Shown here: in pieces, positions 53,106 to 61,590 of the stretch
How positions within the stretch are numbered: position 1 is the first letter of the stretch
How the letters are laid out: every line of letters starts with the position of its first letter
Source of the DNA: Betaproteobacteria bacterium
GTDB taxonomy: Bacteria > Pseudomonadota > Gammaproteobacteria > Burkholderiales > CAIKXV01
Direction of reading: 5' to 3'
DNA length: 64,000 nt
Assembly (NCBI GenBank): GCA_021298815.1
Contig: JAJTHE010000040.1
Coordinates: forward strand, 3,999-67,998
The notes under the pieces: model-generated
Told to the model about the DNA's origin: nothing
Seen by the model: the letters and a program-made list of their open reading frames with translations, nothing else
The model's database searches: none
Position numbers and translations under genes: made by a program

Positions 53106-54379
53106 CAGCCCGCCTGCGTGCCGGTCGCGATCACCTTCCGCGCCACCAGCTCGGCGATCGCCCCTTCGCTGATGCCCAGCTCGCGCAGGACTTCGGCGGT
53201 ATGGCTGCCCAGGGTCGGCGCCAGCGTGGACAGCCGCCCGGGCGTCGCCGACAGCTTCGGCACGACACCGGGCACGTCGAGCGGATAACCCTCGGCCGTG
53301 GCGATGCGCCGGATCATCCCGCGTGCCTGGTAGTGCGGATCCTCGGCGATATCGCGCGCGGTATAGATACGCCCTGCCGGCACGCGCGCACGGTTGAGGC
53401 CGTCGAGCACCTCGGCCAGCGGCCGTGCCGCCGTCCATGCGCCGATCGCCGCGTCGAGTTCCGCCGCCCGCTTCGCGCGCCCGTCATTGGACGCGAGGTC
53501 CGGCGCGTCGCGCAGGTCCGGGCGTCCGATCAGGTCCATCAGCCGGCGGTAGATGCTGTCGCCATTGCCACCGATCAGAACCGCACCGTCGGCGCAGCGG
53601 TAGGCATTGCTGGGCGCGATGCCGGGCAGCGCACTGCCGGCCGGTTCACGCACCGCCCCGAAGGCGCTGTATTCGGGCAGCAGGCTCTCCATGCAGTTGA
53701 ACACCGCCTCGTACAGCGCGACGTCGATCACCTGCCCCCTGCCGGCGGCGCCGGACGCCTTGCGGTGGTGGAGCGCGAGCAGCACGCCGATCACCCCGTG
53801 CAGCGCGGCGAGCGTGTCTCCGATCGACACGCCCACCCGCACCGGCAGCCGGCCCGGTTCGCCCGACAGGTGGCGCAGCCCACCCATCGCCTCGGCGATG
53901 ACGCCGAACCCCGGGCGGTCGGCATACGGTCCATCCTGCCCGTAGCCCGAGATGCGCAGCATCACCAGGCCCGGGTTGTCGCGAGCCAGCGCCTCGTAGC
54001 CCAGTCCCCAGCCCTCGAGCGTGCCCGGCTTGAAGTTCTCGATCACCACGTCGGCCTCCGCGGCGAGGCGGCGGCACAGGTCCTGTCCTTCGGCGCAACG
54101 CAGGTCGATCGCGATCGAGCGCTTGTTGCGCGACTGCACCTGCCACCACACCGAAGTGCCGTTCTTCAGCATCCGCCACTTGCGCAGCGGATCGCCACTG
54201 CCGGGCGGCTCGACCTTGATCACGTCCGCACCGAAATCGGCCAGCATCTTGCCGGCGAACGGCCCGGCGATGAGCTGGCCCAGCTCGAGCACCTTCAGGC
54301 CGGCCAGCGCCATCGGGGGAGCGGTGTCCGCGCCGGCCGGGCCGGCCGCGGCGGTTGCGGACGAAGGGGTGTCGGACAT
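53105..54379 (-). CDS. Family III CoA-transferase (CaiB/BaiF)
   Basis: Track ORF 53105..56536 trimmed to ATG 54379; ATG 54313 (MALAGLKVLELG) is an alternative. LAGLKVLELGQLIAGPFAGKMLADFGADVIKVEPP is present. Confidence 0.85.
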   Translation of the reverse strand: MSDTPSSATAAAGPAGADTAPPMALAGLKVLELGQLIAGPFAGKMLADFGADVIKVEPPGSGDPLRKWRMLKNGTSVWWQVQSRNKRSIAIDLRCAEGQDLCRRLAAEADVVIENFKPGTLEGWGLGYEALARDNPGLVMLRISGYGQDGPYADRPGFGVIAEAMGGLRHLSGEPGRLPVRVGVSIGDTLAALHGVIGVLLALHHRKASGAAGRGQVIDVALYEAVFNCMESLLPEYSAFGAVREPAGSALPGIAPSNAYRCADGAVLIGGNGDSIYRRLMDLIGRPDLRDAPDLASNDGRAKRAAELDAAIGAWTAARPLAEVLDGLNRARVPAGRIYTARDIAEDPHYQARGMIRRIATAEGYPLDVPGVVPKLSATPGRLSTLAPTLGSHTAEVLRELGISEGAIAELVARKVIATGTQAG

Positions 54380-54429
54380 CGAGGCGCCATTGTCGGTTGC
54401 GACAGGCGCAAGCGTAACACCGGACAGGG

Positions 54430-56331
54430 TCACTCCCCCCCGGCGGCCAGCACCCGGTTGCGCCCCTGGCGCTTGGCCTCGTACATCGCCTCGTCTGCCC
54501 GGCCGAGCGCCTGCGGGCCGGTCTCGCCGGGCCGCATGCAGGCGACCCCGGCACTGAACGTGATCAGTACCTTGTCGTTGTTGTGCAGGAAGAACTGGCG
54601 CGTCAGCTCGCGCTGCAGCCGCTCGACGACCATCTTCGCATCGGGCAGCGGCGTCTCGGGCAGCAGCAGGACGAACTCCTCGCCACCGTAGCGGCCGATG
54701 GTGTCCGACGGGCGCAGCATCGGACGCACCACGCCCACCAGGTGGCGCAGGGCCTCGTCGCCGGCATGGTGGCCGAGGCGGTCGTTCAGGTTCTTGAAGT
54801 TGTCGAGGTCGATCACCGCGAAGCACAGATCGGAACGGTAGCGCTGGGCGCGCGAGGCCTCGCGCTCGACCGCCTCGTCGAGCCCGCGCCGGTTCAACGC
54901 ACCGGTCAGCGCATCCTCGCGCAGCGCCGCGCTGACCCGGGAGAGTTCCGCCTCGAGCTCGGCCACCTTGGCGCGCGCCCGTTCCGCCTGCTCGCTCACG
55001 CCCAGCACGTCGTCGCGCGAGCGCGTGGCATCGACCTGCATCTTGCGGATGTCGACCATCAGGTCGTCGAGCACGTCGCGCAGGCCATCGACGTTGTCGG
55101 TCACCCGCACGCGCTCGGTGTAGACGACGATGCGCGCCTCGTAATCGACTGCGCTCTGCGCCATCTCGCCCACCCGCTCGACGAACACGCCGATCAGTTC
55201 CTTCAGCGCGCGCTTCATCTCCTGCAGCGCGCCCTTGAGTGCCTGCTGGCGCTCCGCGGTCTCGCGGAACTGGGCCTGCGCATCGGCGAGCGAACGGGAA
55301 CTGGGCGGCTGCGCGACGGTGCGCCCGAGCAGCTGCACCTGCCCGCAGATCCACCGGTCGTCCTCCACCAGCTCGGCAAGGTTGGCCACCAGCATGCGTA
55401 CCAGCGTCATCGAGTCCTCGACGATCAGGCGCTGCTCGACCTGCATCAGCTCGGCCTCGCGCAGCGCATGGCCGATCGCGGTGTCGATCGCCCGGCAGTC
55501 GGCCGGCGTCGTCGCCGCACGCACCAGCGGCGGCAGCCGGGACACCGCGCCAGCCAGTTTCGGATGCCCGGAGACGCGTGGTGCCAGCTCGCGCTCGAAC
55601 ACGCCGGCGAGCAGGTCGCGCAGCGACTGCGCGAGGTCCTCGACCATCGGCAGCAGGGTCACCGCACCGGGTGCGACCGGCATCGCGGCAATGCCGTTGA
55701 ACACCGGCGATGCCTGCCATGCGGCCGGTGCCAGCGCTGCCGGCCCGGTCGTCGGCGGCGCGCCGGCGGACGCGCCGCCGGGCAGTGCACCAGCCGCGCC
55801 GGCAGGGGCGGCAGGGCCTGTCGCAGGCGCGGATCCGCTCGCCTCGACCCCGCGCTCGGCGCCGCCGTCGCCGTCGCGGTCCTCGTCGCCGGCCTCCACG
55901 AGCAGTGCGCCCGGTGCCGAGGGCAGCGACTCGCCCCATGACTTGACCAGCGCGGCGATCTTGTCGCCGAGCTGCGGGGAACGACGGAACTTGATCAGCA
56001 GGCGCTCCAGCCCGTCGCGCTTCTGGATCAGCGAAACGCCCGAATGACGCACCTCGAGCTGGCGCAGCAGGTCGCGGATCACCTGCGACCAGTCGGCACC
56101 CTCCGGCTCGGCCGGCGCCCCCGCCCCCGCGCCCGCGGCCGGTGTCGCGCCCGGATCGGCGACCACCATGGCCGGCGTGCCGGCGATCTCGGCGTACACG
56201 CGCACATAGTTCTCGGGGGTCGGGGCGATGCGGCGGCTGGCGAGCAGCTTCAGCGTCTCGCGCGCGAGTTCGCCCGGCGTGCGGGTTGCTGCAGCGGCGC
56301 TGCGGGGAGACGGGTTGGGCTGGGAGGACAT
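54430..56331 (-). CDS. GGDEF diguanylate cyclase with ~460-aa uncharacterised N-terminal region
   Basis: 633-aa track ORF. The C-terminal GGDEF domain has active site RYGGEEF and an RxxD I-site (RPSD) five residues upstream. The N-terminus is helical/coiled with Ala/Gly/Pro-rich low-complexity stretches. Confidence 0.85.
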   Translation of the reverse strand: MSSQPNPSPRSAAAATRTPGELARETLKLLASRRIAPTPENYVRVYAEIAGTPAMVVADPGATPAAGAGAGAPAEPEGADWSQVIRDLLRQLEVRHSGVSLIQKRDGLERLLIKFRRSPQLGDKIAALVKSWGESLPSAPGALLVEAGDEDRDGDGGAERGVEASGSAPATGPAAPAGAAGALPGGASAGAPPTTGPAALAPAAWQASPVFNGIAAMPVAPGAVTLLPMVEDLAQSLRDLLAGVFERELAPRVSGHPKLAGAVSRLPPLVRAATTPADCRAIDTAIGHALREAELMQVEQRLIVEDSMTLVRMLVANLAELVEDDRWICGQVQLLGRTVAQPPSSRSLADAQAQFRETAERQQALKGALQEMKRALKELIGVFVERVGEMAQSAVDYEARIVVYTERVRVTDNVDGLRDVLDDLMVDIRKMQVDATRSRDDVLGVSEQAERARAKVAELEAELSRVSAALREDALTGALNRRGLDEAVEREASRAQRYRSDLCFAVIDLDNFKNLNDRLGHHAGDEALRHLVGVVRPMLRPSDTIGRYGGEEFVLLLPETPLPDAKMVVERLQRELTRQFFLHNNDKVLITFSAGVACMRPGETGPQALGRADEAMYEAKRQGRNRVLAAGGE

Positions 56332-56548
56332 CGATCGATCGTTCGGACAGCGGCGGTGACGCGGTCGCCCCGCGGCATCCGTTCGTGTACCCCCTCGTTA
56401 TCGGTCGGGCCACGCGCAAATGTAGGGTGACAGCGAATCCGGGGCAAGTCCCCTGTCCGCGACACTCGCGATCGCGTTCGCGCCGCCGGCAGGCGCGGCC
56501 CGGGCCCAGCCGCGGGCCGCGGGTGCAGGCCAGCAACAGGCATGCGAA

Positions 56549-57910
56549 TCATCGTGGCGCCTGCCAGGCGCGCGCACGCACGCCGATCGCCACCAGCAGG
56601 CCGTAGCCGACCAGGCCTGCGGCCACCGCGCCGAACACCCCGGCCAGCCCGAGCCCGAGCGGACCGGCTGCCAGCGCGCCGCCGCCGGCCGCACAGCCGA
56701 AACGCACAACGGCCGCCGCGAACGGCCAGCGCATGCGTCCGGCACCCTGGCTGGCGAAGTACAGCGCCATGCCCAGGCCGAGCAGCGCGTAGGCTGGTCC
56801 GATGATGCGCAAGGCGAGGCGCGCCACCTCCGCCACTGCAGGGTCGTCGGTGAACAGGCCGATCCAGGCGTCCGGGAACGCGGCGGCCGCGATGCCGATC
56901 GCGGCGCAGGCGGCGCAGACCAGCCAGCCGCCGCGCCAGGCCAGTGCGCGCGCCCGGGTCCATTCGCCGGCACCTACCCGGCGACCGACCTGCTGGGTCA
57001 GGGTTGCACCGATGCCGAACGACAGCGGCACCATCAGGAACTCGAGGCGGGCGGCGATGCCATAGGCGGCGATCGCCGCCGGCCCGAAGCCGGCAATGAG
57101 GGCGGTTACCGCGACCGTGGTCGCAACGGCGAGGGTCGCCATCGCCGACGCCACCGCGCCGACAGACAGGATGCGCGCGAACAGCGCCGCGCACAGGGGT
57201 CCGCGCAGGCGGGGAACGAATCCGCAACCGCCCGCCATCACGGCGCGCAGCAGCAGCGCCGAAGTCGCGGCAAACACCAGGCAATAGGCGATCGGCAGGC
57301 CGACGATGCCCAGCGCCGGCAGCGGTCCGGCCCCGAACATCAGCGCGGCACCGAGCAGCGGCTCGACGGTCCAGGCGGCCGCGATAAGCTTCCCAGGCAT
57401 CGCCATCACGCCGGCGCCGCGCAGCACCGAGGCGAGTGTCGCCGCCAGCCACTGCAGCGGCACGCCGAGGAACAGCACGCCCGCGTACAGCACGGCCAGG
57501 TCGAGCACCAAGCCGCGCGCACCGATCGCGGCGAACAGCGGCCGGCCGGCCACCTGCATCAGCAGGCAGAACAGCAGCCCGAGCCCGACGCCGATCAGCA
57601 ACGCATGCCGGATCAGTGCGGCGGCCTCGTCGCGCCGTCCGGCACCGAGCGTGCGCGCGATCGCGGCGCTCACGCCACCGCCCATCGCGCCGGTGGACAT
57701 CATGTTCATCAGCAGCGCGAACGGCAGCACCAGCGCATAGGCGGCGAGCGCTTCGGTGCCGAGGCGGCCGACCAGTGCCGTCTCGGCGATCAGCGCGCCG
57801 CCCTGGGCGAAGCCGACCAGCGTCGTCGGCAGGGACTGGCGCAGCAGCGGGCCGATGCGCTCGTCGTACGCCACGGGTGCGGCCGCGGCCTGTGGCGACG
57901 GACCAGTCAA
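56549..57910 (-). CDS. MATE-family efflux transporter
   Basis: Track ORF 56549..58618 trimmed to TTG 57910, which overlaps the dioxygenase stop (TTGA). The 453-aa product has about 12 hydrophobic segments and a MATE-like N-terminus LRQSLPTTLVGFAQGGALIAETALVGRLGTEALAAY. Confidence 0.8.
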   Translation of the reverse strand: MTGPSPQAAAAPVAYDERIGPLLRQSLPTTLVGFAQGGALIAETALVGRLGTEALAAYALVLPFALLMNMMSTGAMGGGVSAAIARTLGAGRRDEAAALIRHALLIGVGLGLLFCLLMQVAGRPLFAAIGARGLVLDLAVLYAGVLFLGVPLQWLAATLASVLRGAGVMAMPGKLIAAAWTVEPLLGAALMFGAGPLPALGIVGLPIAYCLVFAATSALLLRAVMAGGCGFVPRLRGPLCAALFARILSVGAVASAMATLAVATTVAVTALIAGFGPAAIAAYGIAARLEFLMVPLSFGIGATLTQQVGRRVGAGEWTRARALAWRGGWLVCAACAAIGIAAAAFPDAWIGLFTDDPAVAEVARLALRIIGPAYALLGLGMALYFASQGAGRMRWPFAAAVVRFGCAAGGGALAAGPLGLGLAGVFGAVAAGLVGYGLLVAIGVRARAWQAPR

Positions 57911-58794
57911 CGCGCGGGCGACATCCTGAAGTCGAACTCGACCAGGCTGAACGGATTCGGCAGGCGATGGCGCGCCGCCTCTTGCGGCGCATCGCGGCGG
58001 ACGAAGGGCAGCGCGAGGGATGTGCGCACGCCGAACACGGCATCCTGGTCGATGTACGGATCGTCGGCCGGGAACAGTTCGGTGGTGAGCGGGGCATGGC
58101 CCTCGGCCAGCACCCGGAAATGGAAGTGCGCCGGACGCCAGGCATGGCGGCCGCCGGCCCGCAGCAGCCCGCCCACCGGGCCGTCGTAGGGCACGGTGTA
58201 GGGCGCGGGGCGTACCGTGGTGAACGCGTACACGCCGTCGTCGCCGAGCGGCATGCGGAAACGCAGGTTGTCGGGCCGCTGCGTCGGATCCTGCTGCCAG
58301 TAGTGGCCGAGCGCGTTGGTCTGCCAGAAATCGATCGTGGCCCCGCGCACCGGACGGCCTTCCAGGTCGAGCACGCGTCCGCGCACCAGCACCGGCTCGC
58401 CGGTGTTCTCGCGGATCAGGTCGCCCCCGACCGGCAGCTCCGGCGAACCTTCCGCATGGAACGGACCGAGCACGCTGCGCTCGGTCGCGCCCGGCACGCT
58501 CTGCAGCAGGTCGGTGAGCGAGGTCAGCCCGAGGATGTCGGAGGTCAGCACGAACTCGTTGCGCTTCTCGTCCGTGATCGCCGCCGCGGCGGTGAGGAAG
58601 GCGATGCCCGCACGCCACTCCTCGGGCCTGAGCTCGACCTCGCGCGCGAACGCATGCAGGTGGCGCACCAGCGCGCCGATCACTTCCTTCAGGCGTGGAT
58701 CACCGGCGCCGTCGAACGATGCGAGCACGGCATCGGTGAGGGTATTGCGGTCGATGCCTTGCATGGGCGGCCTCGCGGGTTCAGTCATCCACAT
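57907..58794 (-). CDS. Intradiol ring-cleavage dioxygenase (hydroxyquinol/catechol 1,2-dioxygenase-like)
   Basis: 295-aa track ORF. The N-terminal helical domain is DPRLKEVIGALVRHLHAFAREVELRPEEW and the catalytic domain is GPFH..DFWQTNALGHYW..RPAHFHFRV. ATG 58788 is an alternative start. Confidence 0.88.
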   Translation of the reverse strand: MWMTEPARPPMQGIDRNTLTDAVLASFDGAGDPRLKEVIGALVRHLHAFAREVELRPEEWRAGIAFLTAAAAITDEKRNEFVLTSDILGLTSLTDLLQSVPGATERSVLGPFHAEGSPELPVGGDLIRENTGEPVLVRGRVLDLEGRPVRGATIDFWQTNALGHYWQQDPTQRPDNLRFRMPLGDDGVYAFTTVRPAPYTVPYDGPVGGLLRAGGRHAWRPAHFHFRVLAEGHAPLTTELFPADDPYIDQDAVFGVRTSLALPFVRRDAPQEAARHRLPNPFSLVEFDFRMSPAR

Positions 58795-58808
58795 CCGGGA
58801 TCGGATGT

Positions 58809-58823
58809 CGGGGTCCGACCCCG
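58809..58823. repeat. CGGGGTCCGACCCCG, a short relative of the 42910-42935 palindrome
   Basis: Read directly in the 31-nt spacer between the TctC stop and the dioxygenase start. It shares the GGGGTC(T/C)GACCCC core and a preceding CGGATG. Confidence 0.3.
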
Positions 58824-58825
58824 TC

Positions 58826-59875
58826 TCAATCGGCCTTCAGGCCGAGCTGCTTCACTACCTTCGCATAGCGTTCGACGTCACGGCGCAGTACCTTGTCGAA
58901 CTCGGCGGCCGTCATCGGCGTCGGCTCGATCGCCAGCGCGTTCATGCGGTCGCGCACATCGGCGGCGTTGAGCGCGCGGTTGATCTCGGCATTGAGGCGG
59001 CCGACTACCGGCGCTGGCGTGCCGGCGGGCGCGAGGAAGGCGATCCAGGTGTAGTCGGCGAACCCGGGATAGCCAAGCTCGGCCACCGTCGGCACGTCAG
59101 GCAGGGCCGCGGAGCGCTTCGCGCTCGTCACCGCGATCGGCCGGATCTTTCCCGCCTGCGACAGCGGCACCGCCGGTGGCATCGAGGTGCTGCCGATCGG
59201 CACCTGTCCGCCGAGCACCGCGGTGACCGCGGCAGCCGGGGTGTGCGGCACGTGCGTGATGTCGACGTTGTTGAGCTGCCGGAACAGCACTTCGGCGGCC
59301 AGGTGGGTCGTCGTGCCGGTGCCCGACGACGCATAGCTCAGGCGTTCGCTGCGGGCCAGCGCGAGCAGCTCCTTCAGGCTGCTGGCCTTGACCGAGGGAT
59401 GCACGAACAGGATGTTCGGGGTGAGCGTCGCCATCGCGACCGGCGCGAAATCGCGGATCGCGAACCCGGGGCGTGCGAACAGACTCACGTTCACTGCGAA
59501 CGCGACGCTGGTGCCGAGCAGCACATGGCCATCGGGTGCCGACTTCGCGACGATCTGCGCGCCGATGTTGCCGCCGGCGCCGCCCCGGTTGTCGATCACC
59601 AACGGCTGGCCGAACGCCTCGGCGAGCCGCGGCTGCACCAGCCGGGCGATGGTGTCGGTGGTGGCCCCGGGGGGGAATGCCACCACCAGCCGCAACGGCC
59701 GCGAGGGGAACGCCTGGGCCTGGGCCTGGGCCTGGGCCTGGGCCTGCGCCTGGACCTGGGCCTGGACCTGGGCCTGCGCCTGCGCCTGGGGCGCGATGAT
59801 CGCCCCGGCCAGCGGCAGGACGATGGCGACGGCACGGGCCGAGGCCCGGATCATCGCTGCGGATTTCGAATGCAT
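58826..59875 (-). CDS. Bug/TctC-family periplasmic solute-binding protein with an (Ala/Val-Gln)n linker after the signal peptide
   Basis: Track ORF 58826..60502 trimmed to ATG 59875 (GGAGGAG SD). MHSKSAAMIRASARAVAIVLPLAGAIIAPQAQAQAQVQAQVQAQAQAQAQAQAQAFPSRPLRLVVAFPPGATTD. Confidence 0.88.
   Translation of the reverse strand: MHSKSAAMIRASARAVAIVLPLAGAIIAPQAQAQAQVQAQVQAQAQAQAQAQAQAFPSRPLRLVVAFPPGATTDTIARLVQPRLAEAFGQPLVIDNRGGAGGNIGAQIVAKSAPDGHVLLGTSVAFAVNVSLFARPGFAIRDFAPVAMATLTPNILFVHPSVKASSLKELLALARSERLSYASSGTGTTTHLAAEVLFRQLNNVDITHVPHTPAAAVTAVLGGQVPIGSTSMPPAVPLSQAGKIRPIAVTSAKRSAALPDVPTVAELGYPGFADYTWIAFLAPAGTPAPVVGRLNAEINRALNAADVRDRMNALAIEPTPMTAAEFDKVLRRDVERYAKVVKQLGLKAD
59712..59789. repeat. 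Hexanucleotide tandem repeat, 13 units of GCCTGG (variants GCCTGC, ACCTGG), inside the coding sequence
   Basis: Counted directly. It is in frame and encodes the AQ/VQ dipeptide run of the TctC precursor. Confidence 0.9.
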
Positions 59876-59914
59876 GCTGTCTCCTCCTGCCGGCGGCCGG
59901 ATCGCGCCGCCGCG

Positions 59915-59962
59915 GTCGCCGTGGCCGTGGCCGTGGTTGTGGTTGTGGTTGTGGTTGTGGTC
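59915..59962. repeat. Hexanucleotide tandem repeat, 8 units of GTGGYY (GTCGCC, GTGGCC x2, GTGGTT x4, GTGGTC), intergenic
   Basis: Counted directly. It lies 40-87 nt upstream of TctC ATG 59875 and 15 nt downstream of the RutE-like stop. Confidence 0.9.
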
Positions 59963-59976
59963 TTGCCTGCCGCCCG

Positions 59977-60648
59977 TCACAGCAGCGTGCACATCTCGTC
60001 GAAGGACAGCCGCGGCAGGCGCGGTGGCAGCGCCGCGACATCGCCGTAGCCCAGGTTGACCATGAAGTTCGACCTGAACGACGCGCCATGGAAGAACACT
60101 TCGTCGACCTTCGCGTTGTCGAAGCCCGACATCGGACCGACATCCAGGCCGAGCGCCCGTGCGGCGATGATCAGCCAGGCGCCCTGCAGCGTGCTGTTGC
60201 GCAGCGCGTAAGGCTCGGCCGCATCCGGATGCGTGCGGAAATGCGTCGCATGGTCGCCAGCCGGGAACAGCTTCGACAGATGCTCGTAGAACAGCGTGTC
60301 GTAGGCGATCACCGCGGTCACCGGCGCCTCGCGCACCTTCGCGACGTTGCCGGCATCCATCGCCGGGATCAGCCTTGCCTTGCCCTCCCGGCTGCGGACG
60401 AACAGGATCCGCGCCGGGCTGCAGTTGGCGCTGGTCGGGCCCCATTTCATCATCTCGTGCAGCTTGCGAAGCATGTCGTCGTCGACTTCGCGCGACAGCC
60501 ACATCTTGTGCGAACGCGCGCCGGTGAGCAGGCTCGCGACCGCGGCCTGCAGCGCCGCCGGGCTGAGCGCGGCGAACCGGGCACGCACCGCCAGCGCGTC
60601 GGACACCGCCTGCTCCTTCTGCTCGTCGGTGTTCATGTGCTGGCTCAT
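59977..60648 (-). CDS. RutE-family nitroreductase-fold protein (malonic semialdehyde reductase-like)
   Basis: Track ORF 59977..60885 trimmed to ATG 60648, which overlaps the upstream stop (ATGA). WGPTSANCSPARILFV, LQGAWLIIAARALGLDVGPMSGFD and PRLPRLSFDEMCTLL closely follow the RutE pattern I remember. Confidence 0.85.
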   Translation of the reverse strand: MSQHMNTDEQKEQAVSDALAVRARFAALSPAALQAAVASLLTGARSHKMWLSREVDDDMLRKLHEMMKWGPTSANCSPARILFVRSREGKARLIPAMDAGNVAKVREAPVTAVIAYDTLFYEHLSKLFPAGDHATHFRTHPDAAEPYALRNSTLQGAWLIIAARALGLDVGPMSGFDNAKVDEVFFHGASFRSNFMVNLGYGDVAALPPRLPRLSFDEMCTLL

Positions 60649-61559
60649 GATGCGGCCGCCAGCGTGCGTGCCTCCCGGGCGCGGATCTTCTCGTGCCTGC
60701 GCAGCAGCTTCTCGGCGCGCACCACGATCGGGATGTCGATCATCTTGCCGTCGATCTGGAACGACCCGCGGCCCTCGGCTGCGTACTTCACGTTCATCTC
60801 GATCACCTTGCGCGCGAACTCGACCTCGGCGGCCGACGGCGAGTATTCCGCGTTGACGATCTTCACCTGTCCCGGATGGATGCACCCGGCGCCGTCGAAG
60901 CCGAAGCGGCGCGACTTGCGCACCATCGCCGCGAACTTGTTCCAGTCGCTGAAGTCGGCGACCGTGCCGATGAAGCCGAGCGGCATGACCCCGGCCGCGC
61001 GCGCGGCGATGATCATCCGCTGCTTCGGATGCAGCAGCACGTCCTCGTCGGGCAGCATGTCGCAGTTGAGCGCGAAATCCTCGCCGCCGATGTTCATCGC
61101 CACCACCCGCGGGCAGGCGCGCGGGATCTCGTCGAGGCGACGGAAGGCATCGGGTGTCTCGATCATGGTGATGAACTTCGTGTGTCCCACCACCATGCCG
61201 CGCTTCAGTTCGAGTTCGCTGACCAGTTCGTCGAGCAGCCGCACGTGCGAGGCGCTGTCGGCCTTGGTGATCGCCAGGCCATCGACGTCCGGGCAGATGG
61301 AATGCTCGATGTCGCGCACCGCCAGCGACAGCGGCTGGTTGATGCGCACCACGACATCCGAGCCGCCCTGGCGCACGCGCGCCGCGTTCTTCTCGACCAG
61401 GGTGCGCGCATTGGCCTTCTCGCCCGGCGGCACTGCATCCTCCAGGTCGAGCTGGATCACGTCTGCCGCGCGGGTGTGGGCCCTGTCGACGAACTTCTCG
61501 ACGTTGACCGGCACGTAGAGCAGCGAACGCCAGACCGGCAGTTCATCCTGGGTATGCAT
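60645..61559 (-). CDS. HpcH/HpaI aldolase / citrate lyase beta (CitE)-like acyl-CoA lyase
   Basis: Track ORF 60645..61796 trimmed to ATG 61559 (GGGAGA SD). RSLLYVPVNVEKFVDRAHTRAADVIQLDLEDAV, MIETP and GGEDFA are CitE-family landmarks. 304 aa. Confidence 0.85.
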   Translation of the reverse strand: MHTQDELPVWRSLLYVPVNVEKFVDRAHTRAADVIQLDLEDAVPPGEKANARTLVEKNAARVRQGGSDVVVRINQPLSLAVRDIEHSICPDVDGLAITKADSASHVRLLDELVSELELKRGMVVGHTKFITMIETPDAFRRLDEIPRACPRVVAMNIGGEDFALNCDMLPDEDVLLHPKQRMIIAARAAGVMPLGFIGTVADFSDWNKFAAMVRKSRRFGFDGAGCIHPGQVKIVNAEYSPSAAEVEFARKVIEMNVKYAAEGRGSFQIDGKMIDIPIVVRAEKLLRRHEKIRAREARTLAAAS

Positions 61560-61590
61560 CCGGGGTCTCCCTTTCAAGGTATCGGAGTGT

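Noticed and set aside
59712-59962. Possibility that the repeated 6-mers near 59.7-60.0 kb are a CRISPR array or a mobile-element terminus.
   Set aside because: The units are only 6 bp and directly abutting with no spacers. One tract is in frame inside a coding sequence. No cas, transposase or integrase gene is present anywhere in the window.
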